Assembly: GCA_041659805.1 (NCBI GenBank)
Contig: JBAZXP010000001.1
Coordinates: 256,589 to 320,588, forward strand
DNA from: Microgenomates group bacterium
Lineage (GTDB): Bacteria > Patescibacteriota > Microgenomatia > Daviesbacterales > UBA10151
Reading direction: 5' to 3'
DNA length: 64,000 nt
Within the stretch, counting starts at the first letter, position 1, and each line of letters starts with the position of its first letter. The notes under the pieces are model-generated. The model worked only from the letters and a program-made list of their open reading frames with translations, was not told the DNA's origin and did no database searches. Of the stretch, positions 29,245 through 38,875 are shown piece by piece. Made by a program: the position numbers and the translations under genes.

Positions 29245-30486
29245 ATGGCAATACAAGCTAGAACAGAATTTGCAGCTGCTTTAAACCAATTAGCCTCTGA
29301 AAAAGGGGTTGATGTTAACGTGGTTGTTGAAGCAATCCAACAGGCAGCCTTGGCTGCTTATAGAAAAGATTTATCTTTAAGAGGTATTGAAATCCCAGAA
29401 GATTTTGATGATTTTACCGCTGCAATTAATCCTGCATCCGGTGAAATTTCTATTATGAAAGGGGATGAAAATATTACTCCTCCAGGTTTTGCCAGAATTG
29501 CTGCACAAACTGCAAAACAGGTAATTTTGCAAAGACTTCATGAAGCTGAAAAAGATGCAATTTCAGATGAATATGAGAAAAAAGTAGGCACAATTATTTC
29601 AGGAACAATCCAGAGACAAGAAGGTAATACTTATTTTGTAGATTTAGGCAGAGCAGAAGGTCTTTTCCCAATTTCTGAGCAAACCAGAGACGAATATTAT
29701 CATCAAGGTCAGAGAATGAAATTCCTGATTAAGGAAATTAGAGAAGGTAGACATGGACCGGAAGTTGTTTTAAGTAGATCAGATGTGAATTTGGTTAAAG
29801 GTTTGTTTGCTCTGGAAGTACCTGAAGTTCAAACAGGATCAGTAGTTATTAAAGATGTAGCTAGAGAAGCAGGATCCAGAACTAAAATCTCAGCTGTTTC
29901 AACACAAGAAGGTGTTGATCCTGTCGGATCACTCGTCGGTCAAAAAGGCGTGAGAGTTCAGGCCGTGATGAATGAACTGGGAGAAGAGAGAATTGATATT
30001 ATTTCTTATTCTGAGGATCCAATAAAATATATTGCTTCAGCCCTGAGCCCTGCAAAAGAAGTAACAGTTAGAATTGAAGAGGTGGAAGGTGAAAAATTGG
30101 CCAAAGTAAAAGTCCCAAACATGCAACTATCATTGGCTATTGGAAAAGGTGGTCAAAATGTAAGACTTGCAGCCAGACTGACAGGTTGGAAGATTGATAT
30201 TGAAGGCTTGGAGGATTTAAGAGAACAAAAAGAGGCTGAAATAGAAAAGTTGAAAGAAGAAAAAGCAAAAGAACCTGATGCAGAAGAGGAAGCTGAAAAC
30301 CGGAAAGAAGTAGTTGAGGCTGTTGAAGAAGAAATTGATAAAGCTGTAACAGAAGAATCAGTTGATAATGCAATAGAATCGGAACCAACAGCAGAAGAGG
30401 CTGCTCCTGCAGCAGCACAAGCTGAAGCAGACATGGAAGAAACTGATAAACAGGCTGAAACTGAAGAAAAAAAGAATAATGAATAA
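29245..30486 (+). CDS. nusA: Transcription factor NusA
   Basis: RIAAQTAKQVI, AREAGSRTK, SLAIGKGGQNVRLAARLTGWKIDI; acidic tail. Confidence 0.97.
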   Translation: MAIQARTEFAAALNQLASEKGVDVNVVVEAIQQAALAAYRKDLSLRGIEIPEDFDDFTAAINPASGEISIMKGDENITPPGFARIAAQTAKQVILQRLHEAEKDAISDEYEKKVGTIISGTIQRQEGNTYFVDLGRAEGLFPISEQTRDEYYHQGQRMKFLIKEIREGRHGPEVVLSRSDVNLVKGLFALEVPEVQTGSVVIKDVAREAGSRTKISAVSTQEGVDPVGSLVGQKGVRVQAVMNELGEERIDIISYSEDPIKYIASALSPAKEVTVRIEEVEGEKLAKVKVPNMQLSLAIGKGGQNVRLAARLTGWKIDIEGLEDLREQKEAEIEKLKEEKAKEPDAEEEAENRKEVVEAVEEEIDKAVTEESVDNAIESEPTAEEAAPAAAQAEADMEETDKQAETEEKKNNE

Positions 30487-30523
30487 AGTTTAACTTTAAA
30501 TTCAAATTCTTAAATTTTTCGGG

Positions 30524-30545
30524 ACCGCCTGATAGGCGGTTTTTT
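30524..30545 (+). terminator. Intrinsic terminator after nusA
   Basis: ACCGCCT-GAT-AGGCGGT followed by TTTTT. Confidence 0.75.
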
Positions 30546-30562
30546 GATTTTAAAGGAGAAAA

Positions 30563-30979
30563 ATGATAGAAAAGTTAAAGCAGATAGATGAAATTTTAGA
30601 TCCTAATAGAGGAAAACTGGTTAGAGATAAGATACCTTCTGGGGACCCAAATAAATATGATATTGGTTCGTCCCAAGTTTTGGAACCATTGGAATTGAAG
30701 ATAATCGCTGCGGCAAATAAATTAAGAGAGGAAAGCGGAGAGGTGCTGGAAGCGGCGCGACAATGGGTAGCCGGCGGGACAAACCAGGACCAGGATCGGG
30801 ATAAGCTATTAGAAGAACTGGCAGATGTAAAGGAGGTTTTATTAGTAGCTACACGAATTAGTGGATTTAGTGAAGAAGATCTGGAGGAAAAAAGAAAATG
30901 GAAAGAGGCAAAAAATGGCGGTTTTGAAAAATGGCTTTTTATGAATTCTAAAAGGAGGAAAGATGGCACAGGAATTTAG
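30563..30979 (+). CDS. MazG-like nucleoside triphosphate pyrophosphohydrolase
   Basis: KLVRDKIP, KLREESGE, LLEELADV, KNGGFEK; AGGAG SD. Confidence 0.8.
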   Translation: MIEKLKQIDEILDPNRGKLVRDKIPSGDPNKYDIGSSQVLEPLELKIIAAANKLREESGEVLEAARQWVAGGTNQDQDRDKLLEELADVKEVLLVATRISGFSEEDLEEKRKWKEAKNGGFEKWLFMNSKRRKDGTGI

Positions 30980-32417
30980 ACCACCGGTTGTAACAATTTT
31001 AGGCCATGTTGATCATGGTAAAACTACCTTGCTCGATTATATCCGCAAAACCAGAGTGGCAGCAGGTGAACACGGCGGAATTACTCAGGCAATTGGTGCC
31101 TATCAGGTGGAAGCTGAAGGGAAATTAATTACTTTTATTGATACCCCTGGTCATGCTGCTTTTGAAAAAATGAGATCTAGGGGAGCAGAAGCTGCTGATA
31201 TTTCAGTACTCGTGGTAGCAGCAGATGACGGAATTATGCCTCAAACAATTGAAGCAATAAAACATATCCAAAAAGCCTTAACCCCCATGATTGTGGCTGT
31301 AAACAAGACTGATATTCCTGGGTTAGATATTAAAGCCACTGTAGAAAAAATTAAAAGACAATTATCTGATCAAAAAGTTTTAGTGGAAGAATATGGTGGA
31401 GATGTACCAATTGTCCAAATTTCTGCCAAAACAGGAGCAGGTGTGCCAGAATTATTAGAAACCATTAATCTGGTAGCAGAAATGAATGAATTTAAAGGAG
31501 ACCCTGCAAAACCTGCAACAGGAGTAATTTTAGAAGCTAATTTGGATAAATCAAAAGGATCTGTGGCCACAGTCTTAGTCAGAAACGGATCTTTGAAAAA
31601 AGGTGATGTAATAAAAGCAGGAAATGCAACGGGCAAGGTAAGAGGAATGTTTAATTTTGCAGGAAAACCAGTTGATGTAGCCAACCCATCAACCCCAGTT
31701 GAAGTTTTGGGTTTTGAAACAGTGCCTTCTGTTGGAGCAAAAGTTAATGAAATAGAAGAAGAAAAAGAAGAAATAAAGAGGAAATTTTCCACACTGGTTG
31801 AAAAGCTAAAAAATAATCAGGAAGAGTTATTAACTGTGGTGATAAAGGCAGATAAACAGGGTTCAGTTGAGGCTGTCAGGGATATTTTGGAAAAATCAAA
31901 TGTAGATAAAGAACATTTAAGAATTATTGCTGCAGGAACAGGAGATATTACAGATTCAGATGTAGAGATGGCCCAGGGAGCAAAAGGAATTGTAATTGGT
32001 TTTAATGTAAAAGTTTTGCCAACAGCCCAAAGAATTGCAGATCAGGAAAGAATTTTAATCAGACTTTATAACATAATTTATGAGTTGGCAGATGAGATGG
32101 AGGATGTGGTGGAAACTATGCTTAAACCAGGTGTGGTGGAAGAAGTTTTTGGCAGAGCCCAAATCATTGCAGAATTTCCTTTTGGTAAGAATGAAAAAAT
32201 TGCAGGATGTAAAGTGGTAGAAGGAGTGATTTCTAAGGGTCCAAAAATTAGGATTGTCAGGAAAGATGAAGTTGTTTATGAAGGTAAATTAAAATCAATT
32301 AAAAAGGTTAAAGATGAAGTACCAAAAGTAGAAAAGGGAACAGAATGTGGAATGATGTTTGATCCTATTTTTGATTTTAATATAGGTGACATCATTGAAT
32401 CTTACAGAGTTTATTAA
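30963..32417 (+). CDS. infB: Translation initiation factor IF-2 (no N-terminal domain)
   Basis: RPPVVTILGHVDHGKTTLLD, DTPGH, NKTD, GTECG. Confidence 0.97.
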   Translation: MAQEFRPPVVTILGHVDHGKTTLLDYIRKTRVAAGEHGGITQAIGAYQVEAEGKLITFIDTPGHAAFEKMRSRGAEAADISVLVVAADDGIMPQTIEAIKHIQKALTPMIVAVNKTDIPGLDIKATVEKIKRQLSDQKVLVEEYGGDVPIVQISAKTGAGVPELLETINLVAEMNEFKGDPAKPATGVILEANLDKSKGSVATVLVRNGSLKKGDVIKAGNATGKVRGMFNFAGKPVDVANPSTPVEVLGFETVPSVGAKVNEIEEEKEEIKRKFSTLVEKLKNNQEELLTVVIKADKQGSVEAVRDILEKSNVDKEHLRIIAAGTGDITDSDVEMAQGAKGIVIGFNVKVLPTAQRIADQERILIRLYNIIYELADEMEDVVETMLKPGVVEEVFGRAQIIAEFPFGKNEKIAGCKVVEGVISKGPKIRIVRKDEVVYEGKLKSIKKVKDEVPKVEKGTECGMMFDPIFDFNIGDIIESYRVY

Positions 32418-32455
32418 GAACTATTGTAAGAATCTCGTTGTATGTTATTATCTAA

Positions 32456-32809
32456 ATGATGAATGAAGCGAGAACTTCAGACTATCATTTCAAAGACTTC
32501 AGGCCGGAAATGAAATTATTCCCGGATTTAATACCATTTGTAGGACTAATAACTGTGGCGGAGAGAGAACGTCGAAGAGAAAATGAATCTGCAAAAAGTT
32601 TTTATTTATTAGATTTTTTGAAAATGACAAAAAAAGATGTTTTAATGCTTGGTGTTGCTAATTGGTCTGAGTCAACTTCAAGGGAAGCATTTATCAGATC
32701 TCTTGTTTTAGCCGGGAGAAATGTCCTTTTTCCTTCATACCATCTTTTATTTGTTCCCATTGCTGCGATAGAAGTTGCTCGTTCATTAAGTTCATTAATT
32801 GGTAAATAA
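32456..32809 (+). CDS. Hypothetical protein
   Basis: 117-aa ORF, co-oriented, fills the gap. Confidence 0.55.
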   Translation: MMNEARTSDYHFKDFRPEMKLFPDLIPFVGLITVAERERRRENESAKSFYLLDFLKMTKKDVLMLGVANWSESTSREAFIRSLVLAGRNVLFPSYHLLFVPIAAIEVARSLSSLIGK

Positions 32810-32817
32810 ATTTAAGA

Positions 32818-33309
32818 GTGAATATATCCAAACAAAAACAATCTTTGAGACAAGCTACTTCTTGTTTTCTAATTAAAGATAATAAAGTGCTTTTGGCTAT
32901 GAAAAAACGGGGATTTGGGGTGGGTAAGTGGAATGGGCCTGGGGGGAAACCAAATCCAGAGGAGAGCATAGAAGAAACTGCTGTTAGGGAAACATATGAG
33001 GAAATAGGGGTGACTATTAAAACGTTTGATAGAGTTGCTACTTTGGATTTTTTCTTTCCTTCAGATAAAGAGAAACATGGCTGGAATCAACAGGTTTGTG
33101 TTTATTTGGTTAAGTCTTGGGAAGGGGAACCAACAGAAACAGAAGAAATGATGCCTAAGTGGTTTAAATTTTCTGAAATTCCCTATAAAGATATGTGGGT
33201 AGATGATATTTACTGGTTACCACAAGTATTAAAGGGCAAAAAACTCAAAGGAACTTTTACTTTTGCTTCTGATGAATCCTTGCAGAATTTTGAAGTAATT
33301 GAAATTTAA
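32818..33309 (+). CDS. NUDIX 8-oxo-dGTP diphosphatase (MTH1-like)
   Basis: LLAMKKRGFGVGKWNGPGGK…RETYEEIG, EEMMPKWF, IPYKDMWVDD. Confidence 0.9.
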   Translation: MNISKQKQSLRQATSCFLIKDNKVLLAMKKRGFGVGKWNGPGGKPNPEESIEETAVRETYEEIGVTIKTFDRVATLDFFFPSDKEKHGWNQQVCVYLVKSWEGEPTETEEMMPKWFKFSEIPYKDMWVDDIYWLPQVLKGKKLKGTFTFASDESLQNFEVIEI

Positions 33310-33353
33310 CACCCAAACTTGATTATTATGGGGTATTTTGATAGAATCCTTTC

Positions 33354-34442
33354 ATGAAATATGATCTTCAGGTTTCCCAAATTCAACCCGTTATAACTGG
33401 TGCTCAGAGTATCCTTATTGCTATTCCAACCGATGTAACAATCGATCGTTTGGCCTCAGGTTTAGCTTTATATTTATCTTTAAAAATTGCTGGAAAAAAT
33501 GTAGGAATTGTGACAGATGGTGTATTAACTGTAGGTTTTACTCATCTTTTTGGAATTGGAAATGTTAAAAATACTTTGCCACAAAATTCTTCAGGTAATT
33601 ACACTATCACTTTAGGAAATGTAGTTGGATCTGACGGATTGATTCCTTCTTTACAAAACCTGGATTGGGCTCCCACAGGACAAACAAAATCAGATTTAAA
33701 ATTAACCTTTCATGTGAATTCTGGTCAAAAATTTGAACCTACTTTTGTAAACCCTGCTCATGAAGGCGGAAATTTTGATTTAATTATTACCCTGGGTGCT
33801 AATACCTGGTTATCTTTAGGCAGTATTTATGCCAATAACTCTCAGGTCTTTGCCAACACCACCGTTTTAAATATAGATAACCAGCCTGAAAATACCAATT
33901 TTGGACAGTTAAACTTAGTTGACGGGGGAAATTCTTTATCAGAAATAATTGGTTTAATTTTGCCTGGATTAAATTTGCCATATGAGGCTGATACAGCCAG
34001 CAATATTATTGCAGGTTTGTATGATGTAACAAACGGCTTGCAAACTGCTAGTGCAGATACATATGAAGTGATGGCACAAGCCCTAAGAGTTGGCGGTCAG
34101 AAACCATCCGGTATTTCAAATACTGCTCCGATGTCTGAACCAGTAGCTCAAGCAGCTTCTACGACCGGGATGCCGCCGGTATGGGCAGAAGCCCCAGTTC
34201 CAGTTGCTGCACCTGCCCCGGTTCAACCAGAGCCAGCCCCACAGGGATTTAATATTAGTCCATTTTTAAATCCTCAGAATTTCTCTGTTGAAGTTGCCCC
34301 AGATTCAAACCCACAACCACAAGTACAACCAGAAGAACATCAATCCGCAGAAGAAGTGCCAATGGGCGAACAAGCACAAACAGCTAATCCTGAAGCTGAC
34401 TGGTTAACACCTAAAATCTTCAAAAGCAGCAAAATAGGTTAA
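33354..34442 (+). CDS. Degenerate DHH/NrnA-like protein with Pro-rich tail
   Basis: DRLASGLAL and IDNQPENTNFG align to DHH motifs without the catalytic His; sits at the usual nrnA position. Confidence 0.7.
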   Translation: MKYDLQVSQIQPVITGAQSILIAIPTDVTIDRLASGLALYLSLKIAGKNVGIVTDGVLTVGFTHLFGIGNVKNTLPQNSSGNYTITLGNVVGSDGLIPSLQNLDWAPTGQTKSDLKLTFHVNSGQKFEPTFVNPAHEGGNFDLIITLGANTWLSLGSIYANNSQVFANTTVLNIDNQPENTNFGQLNLVDGGNSLSEIIGLILPGLNLPYEADTASNIIAGLYDVTNGLQTASADTYEVMAQALRVGGQKPSGISNTAPMSEPVAQAASTTGMPPVWAEAPVPVAAPAPVQPEPAPQGFNISPFLNPQNFSVEVAPDSNPQPQVQPEEHQSAEEVPMGEQAQTANPEADWLTPKIFKSSKIG

Positions 34443-34451
34443 GTCTACCCC

Positions 34452-34522
34452 TTGCAGAAAAAGTCAAATTTTGGTAAACTTCGAGTTGTCATAAAGGTTT
34501 ACTTCAGGCACCGAGGTAAACC
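34452..34522 (+). promoter_or_regulatory. rpsO promoter and leader hairpin
   Basis: TTGCAG-17-TAAACT; stem GGTTTACTTC/GAGGTAAACC (34496-34522). Confidence 0.6.
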
Positions 34523-34541
34523 CACAGAAAGATAAAAAAAG

Positions 34542-34811
34542 ATGCCTTTAGATATAAAATCAAAACAACAAATTATAGAAGAGTTTGCCACTCACAAAGG
34601 GGATACTGGTTCTCCAGAAGTCCAGGCAGCGCTCCTTACAGAACAAGTAAAAAATTTAACAGCCCATTTAAAAGAACACCCACATGATATTCATTCCAGA
34701 AGAGGACTTTTGTCCATGGTTAACCGCAGAAGAAGATTATTACAATACCTTTTGAAAAAGGATAACGAAAGATACCAAGCCCTAATTGGAAAATTAGGAT
34801 TGAGTAAATAA
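34542..34811 (+). CDS. rpsO: 30S ribosomal protein S15
   Basis: [16 protein letters not shown]. Confidence 0.97.
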   Translation: MPLDIKSKQQIIEEFATHKGDTGSPEVQAALLTEQVKNLTAHLKEHPHDIHSRRGLLSMVNRRRRLLQYLLKKDNERYQALIGKLGLSK

Positions 34812-34822
34812 CTCGGATAGTG

Positions 34823-34909
34823 TATAATACTTTTCAGGTGAAGGATTTGAGATTGCAAAGAGAGAATTAGAAAAGCTAATTACCTCTTCTACAGTTTCCA
34901 ATCCCCACC
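34823..34909 (+). promoter_or_regulatory. pnp promoter and long leader stem-loop
   Basis: TATAAT 34823; imperfect stem GGTG-AA-GGATT…AATTAG / CTAATT…AATCC-C-CACC (34837-34909). Confidence 0.6.
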
Positions 34910-34926
34910 AGAATTTAAAATTTAAT

Positions 34927-37122
34927 ATGCAAAAATCAAAAACTATAACCAGGGAACTGGAATTAAACGGCCGCAAGTTAACACTTGAAACAGGCTACTT
35001 AGCTCAAGCTGCAGATGCTGCAGTTTTGGCAACGTGGGGAGAAACAGTTATCTTAGCAACAGTGGCTGCCAAACCTTTATCTTCTGACCCTGGATATTTT
35101 CCACTCTCTGTTGAATATGTTGAAAAATATTATGCCTCAGGTAGAATTACTGCACAAAAGTTTATCAAGCGTGAAACCAGACCTCCTGAGGATGCAGTAC
35201 TGGCAGGAAGAGCAATTGATAGGGCAATCAGACCACTATTCCCACATGATTTTCCTTATGAAGTTCAACTTATTGTAAATGTTCTGTCTTATGACGGAGA
35301 CAATGATCCTGTCACACTTGGGTTTATTGCGTCAGCTGCTGCAATTTCTATTTCATCTGTACCTTTTGCAGGTCCAATGGGAACTGTGCGGGTAGGCATG
35401 ATTAATGGTGAATTTGTAGTTAACCCAAAGATCCCTGAATATGAATTATTAGATTTGAATCTACTTGTGGCTTCCACTAAAGAAAAAGTTGCCATGATCG
35501 AAACTGAAGCAAAAGAGATTGAAGATAAAGTTGTTTTTGAAGGAATCAAAAAAGCCCACGAAGAAGCACAAAAAATCGTTGATTTAATAACTGATTTAGA
35601 AAAAGAAATCGGCAAGCCAAAAGTTGTTTTTAATTCACTCGCAGAGTCTGTAGAAGAAGCAGTGATGAAAGAGGTAAAAACAGAAGTTAGAACTAAAATT
35701 CAAGCAGCCTTATCTGATCCTACAAATCCATGGCATGAGGCAACAGGGGATATTATCAAAGATGAGCTAGCTCTTAAATATTCTGATACTTTATCTTCAA
35801 CAATCCTGCGGGGTATTTTTGATAAAGTTGCCAAAGAACTGATGAACGATTTGATCTTAAATCAAGGCAAAAGAGTTGACGGCAGAGCAATGACAGATGT
35901 CCGCCCAATTGAGATTAAAGTCGGATTACTCCCAAGAGCACATGGATCAGCCGTATTTCAGAGAGGTTCTACTCAAGTTATGTCAATTGCAACCTTAGGT
36001 CCGCTATCTTTGTCACAAACCTTAGAAGGAATGACAGGAGAGCATAAAAAGAAATTTATGCATCACTACAATATGGGTATCAATCCTTTCTCAGTTGGTG
36101 ATGTTAAAAGAATCGGATCTCCAAACAGACGGGATATTGGTCACGGAGCATTAGTTGAAAAATCTTTGGTTAATGTTATCCCAACAAACGAAGATTTTCC
36201 TTATGCAGTCAGAGTTGTTTCAGAAGTATTAGCAGCAAATGCTTCCACTTCCCAAGCAGCTTTATGTGCTTCTACCCTAGCTTTACTTAATGCCGGAGTT
36301 AAAATCAAAAACCCTGTTGCAGGTATAGCTCTTGGGCTTTTATCCAATGATGAAAAATTCCAAGTTATAACTGACATGCAGGCTGTGGAAGATTTTTACG
36401 GTCAAATGGATTTTAAAGTTGCCGGAACTGTCAAAGGTGTGACAGCCATTCAAATGGATACCAAATTACATGGTTTAACTTTTGAAATCATTGAAGAAGC
36501 CTTAAAGCAAGGAAAGGCTGCCAGACTCTTTATTCTAGAAGCAATCAATAAAGCAATTCCTGAGGCTGGTGCAATGTCTAAATATGCACCAAAGATTCAA
36601 ATCACTCATATTAAGCCTGAAAGTATTGGTATGTTAATCGGACCTGGTGGTAAAAATATTAATGCCATCATTGCCAGAACCGGTGCTCAAATTGATATTG
36701 AAGATGACGGAATGGTTATGGTTTCCTCAACTGATGATGAAGCAATTAAAGCTGCTATTTCTGAAATTGACGGAATGTTCAAAGAAATTCAAGTTGGTGA
36801 AATTTATGAAGGTAAAGTTGTAAAACTTGCCACTTTTGGAGCTTTTGTAGAAATTCTACCAGGCAGAGACGGGTTAGTACATGTATCCCAAATGGCATCA
36901 GAGCGAGTTGAGGATCCAGCAGATGTAGTGTCAGAAGGCCAAACAGTCAAAGTAAGAGTTACTGATGTTGATTCTTCTGGCAAGATTGGTTTGTCTATGT
37001 TATTTGGTGAACAAATAAAACCAGATTCTGAGAGAAGACCTTCAGGTGGAGGAAATAATAGACGCGATTTTGGTGGTGGACAACGCCGTGAATTCGGTAA
37101 TTCTGACAGACGCCGAAGATAA
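34927..37122 (+). CDS. pnp: Polyribonucleotide nucleotidyltransferase
   Basis: Two RNase PH domains (RRDIGHG, MDFKVAGT), KH (IGPGGK) and S1. Confidence 0.97.
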   Translation: MQKSKTITRELELNGRKLTLETGYLAQAADAAVLATWGETVILATVAAKPLSSDPGYFPLSVEYVEKYYASGRITAQKFIKRETRPPEDAVLAGRAIDRAIRPLFPHDFPYEVQLIVNVLSYDGDNDPVTLGFIASAAAISISSVPFAGPMGTVRVGMINGEFVVNPKIPEYELLDLNLLVASTKEKVAMIETEAKEIEDKVVFEGIKKAHEEAQKIVDLITDLEKEIGKPKVVFNSLAESVEEAVMKEVKTEVRTKIQAALSDPTNPWHEATGDIIKDELALKYSDTLSSTILRGIFDKVAKELMNDLILNQGKRVDGRAMTDVRPIEIKVGLLPRAHGSAVFQRGSTQVMSIATLGPLSLSQTLEGMTGEHKKKFMHHYNMGINPFSVGDVKRIGSPNRRDIGHGALVEKSLVNVIPTNEDFPYAVRVVSEVLAANASTSQAALCASTLALLNAGVKIKNPVAGIALGLLSNDEKFQVITDMQAVEDFYGQMDFKVAGTVKGVTAIQMDTKLHGLTFEIIEEALKQGKAARLFILEAINKAIPEAGAMSKYAPKIQITHIKPESIGMLIGPGGKNINAIIARTGAQIDIEDDGMVMVSSTDDEAIKAAISEIDGMFKEIQVGEIYEGKVVKLATFGAFVEILPGRDGLVHVSQMASERVEDPADVVSEGQTVKVRVTDVDSSGKIGLSMLFGEQIKPDSERRPSGGGNNRRDFGGGQRREFGNSDRRRR

Positions 37123-37133
37123 ATAGATTTTTT

Positions 37134-37829
37134 ATGCGAGGTTTCTTTTCCAAAGAAAAAATTGTGCTCGGCACTCTAATATTAGTGCTCGTAACTTTAA
37201 CCGCTTTCATCTTTTTCCGTTTTAGATTGACAGATACCGGATTAGTTTCAGCTAAAGAATTTTATTCAGACATGCAGAGATCCTTAAATCCGTCCCAGAT
37301 AAGTGTAATTTCTGATAAAGGTGATCTGAAAATAAAAGTTAAAGTTGTTCCAGCAGACGCTGAAAGTTTTAAAGCATTTTTAAATAATTTAGGAGTAAGC
37401 GATTTTGGAGATCAGGAAATAGATATTAAATTGGGAGAAAGTAGCGCAGAATTTTTAGATAAAGTCTTACGTGATAATAACTTAGCTGAAAATTCATCAA
37501 AATCTATAAATTTAAACCTAAGAATTTTGTCAAAAGAAATAGATTTTGATAATAAAAAAGTATTCGGGCCATTTGATAACCCATCTGAAAATTTGTTAGA
37601 AAATCCGACAAGTACGGGGAGCATTACAACAAAGCAAGTCGGTAAGTCAGGTTTACTGATTGAAATTGATAATCCGGAAAAAGTGTTGGCAGAAAGCTCT
37701 GTTTCAGGCAAATTAAAATTATCTGATAAATTAAACGAGTCTGGATGGTGGCAAATACTTCCCAAATTAGCTAAAATTAATTTAAAAGTAGATGATGGAG
37801 TAATGACAGGAGTAATATATTTAAAATAA
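37134..37829 (+). CDS. Single-TM hypothetical protein
   Basis: N-terminal hydrophobic helix; tightly packed in the operon. Confidence 0.65.
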   Translation: MRGFFSKEKIVLGTLILVLVTLTAFIFFRFRLTDTGLVSAKEFYSDMQRSLNPSQISVISDKGDLKIKVKVVPADAESFKAFLNNLGVSDFGDQEIDIKLGESSAEFLDKVLRDNNLAENSSKSINLNLRILSKEIDFDNKKVFGPFDNPSENLLENPTSTGSITTKQVGKSGLLIEIDNPEKVLAESSVSGKLKLSDKLNESGWWQILPKLAKINLKVDDGVMTGVIYLK

Positions 37830-37831
37830 TT

Positions 37832-38875
37832 ATGGATCAACCGCCGCCCGCAAATGATAATTTTTCAAAACTCCGACAAAAAATAAGCGAAAACAATCTT
37901 CCCTCGGATCTGGTGCTTAAGCTAAATGATGAGTTAGACCGTTTACAAAAAATGGTGGTCTCATCTGGCTATAAATTTGAATTTGATAAAGTGTTTGAAT
38001 ATATAAACTTTACGGCAAGTCTACCTTTCAATAAATCCAGCCAGGATATTTTAGATTTAAAAAGGACAGAGGCAATGTTAAATCAGCACCATTATGGTTT
38101 AAATGTAGTCAAACAAAGAGTTTTAGAATATATGTCAATTTTAATTTTGAACACTAATAAAGGAGAAAAACTAAGGTCACCGATTCTTTCTTTTGTGGGG
38201 TTAGTAGGTAGTGGTAAAACCTCTATTGCTTATTCAATTGCTGAGAGTATGGGGCGAAAAATTATCAGAATCCCATTTGGAGGTTTATCGTCTGTTCGTG
38301 ATTTAAGGGGAGAATCAAAGGTAAATTCTAATGCTGAACCGGGATTGCTTATAAAATCAATTGCCAGAGAAGGAGTGAATAATCCGGTAATTTTGCTTGA
38401 TGAAATCGACAGGGTAGCGGCAGAATCAAGGGCAGATTTGATGGGGGTTTTGGTTGAGCTTTTAGACCCCAATCAGAACTTTGCTTTTGTAGACCATTAT
38501 GTGGATTTCCCGTTTGACTTATCAAAAGCATTATTTATCGCAACAGCAAATAATACTGGCAATATTGCAACAGCAGTGCTTGATAGGATGGAAATGATTG
38601 AAATGCCGGGGTACTCCGATGAAGAGAAGATTGTGATTGGCAAGAATTATTTAATGCCTTCGATTATTAAATCGTCCGGATTGCCGGAAAATATCGTCAC
38701 AATTGATGAAACTCTTTGGCCGCAAATTGTCAGACCGTTGGGGTTTGACGCGGGGATCAGGTCGTTGCAGAGAAATATAGAAAACATTGTACGCAAAATT
38801 GCCAAAGAAGTAGTTGAGGGAAACCTGGGACCATATAGATTAACAGCAGAAAATATAGGAAAATATATAGGATGA
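37832..38875 (+). CDS. Lon-type AAA+ ATPase without protease domain
   Basis: HYGL, GLVGSGKT, LLDEIDR, LDPNQN…DHY, IATAN, LDRME, GIRSL; ends before the Ser-Lys protease domain. Confidence 0.88.
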   Translation: MDQPPPANDNFSKLRQKISENNLPSDLVLKLNDELDRLQKMVVSSGYKFEFDKVFEYINFTASLPFNKSSQDILDLKRTEAMLNQHHYGLNVVKQRVLEYMSILILNTNKGEKLRSPILSFVGLVGSGKTSIAYSIAESMGRKIIRIPFGGLSSVRDLRGESKVNSNAEPGLLIKSIAREGVNNPVILLDEIDRVAAESRADLMGVLVELLDPNQNFAFVDHYVDFPFDLSKALFIATANNTGNIATAVLDRMEMIEMPGYSDEEKIVIGKNYLMPSIIKSSGLPENIVTIDETLWPQIVRPLGFDAGIRSLQRNIENIVRKIAKEVVEGNLGPYRLTAENIGKYIG

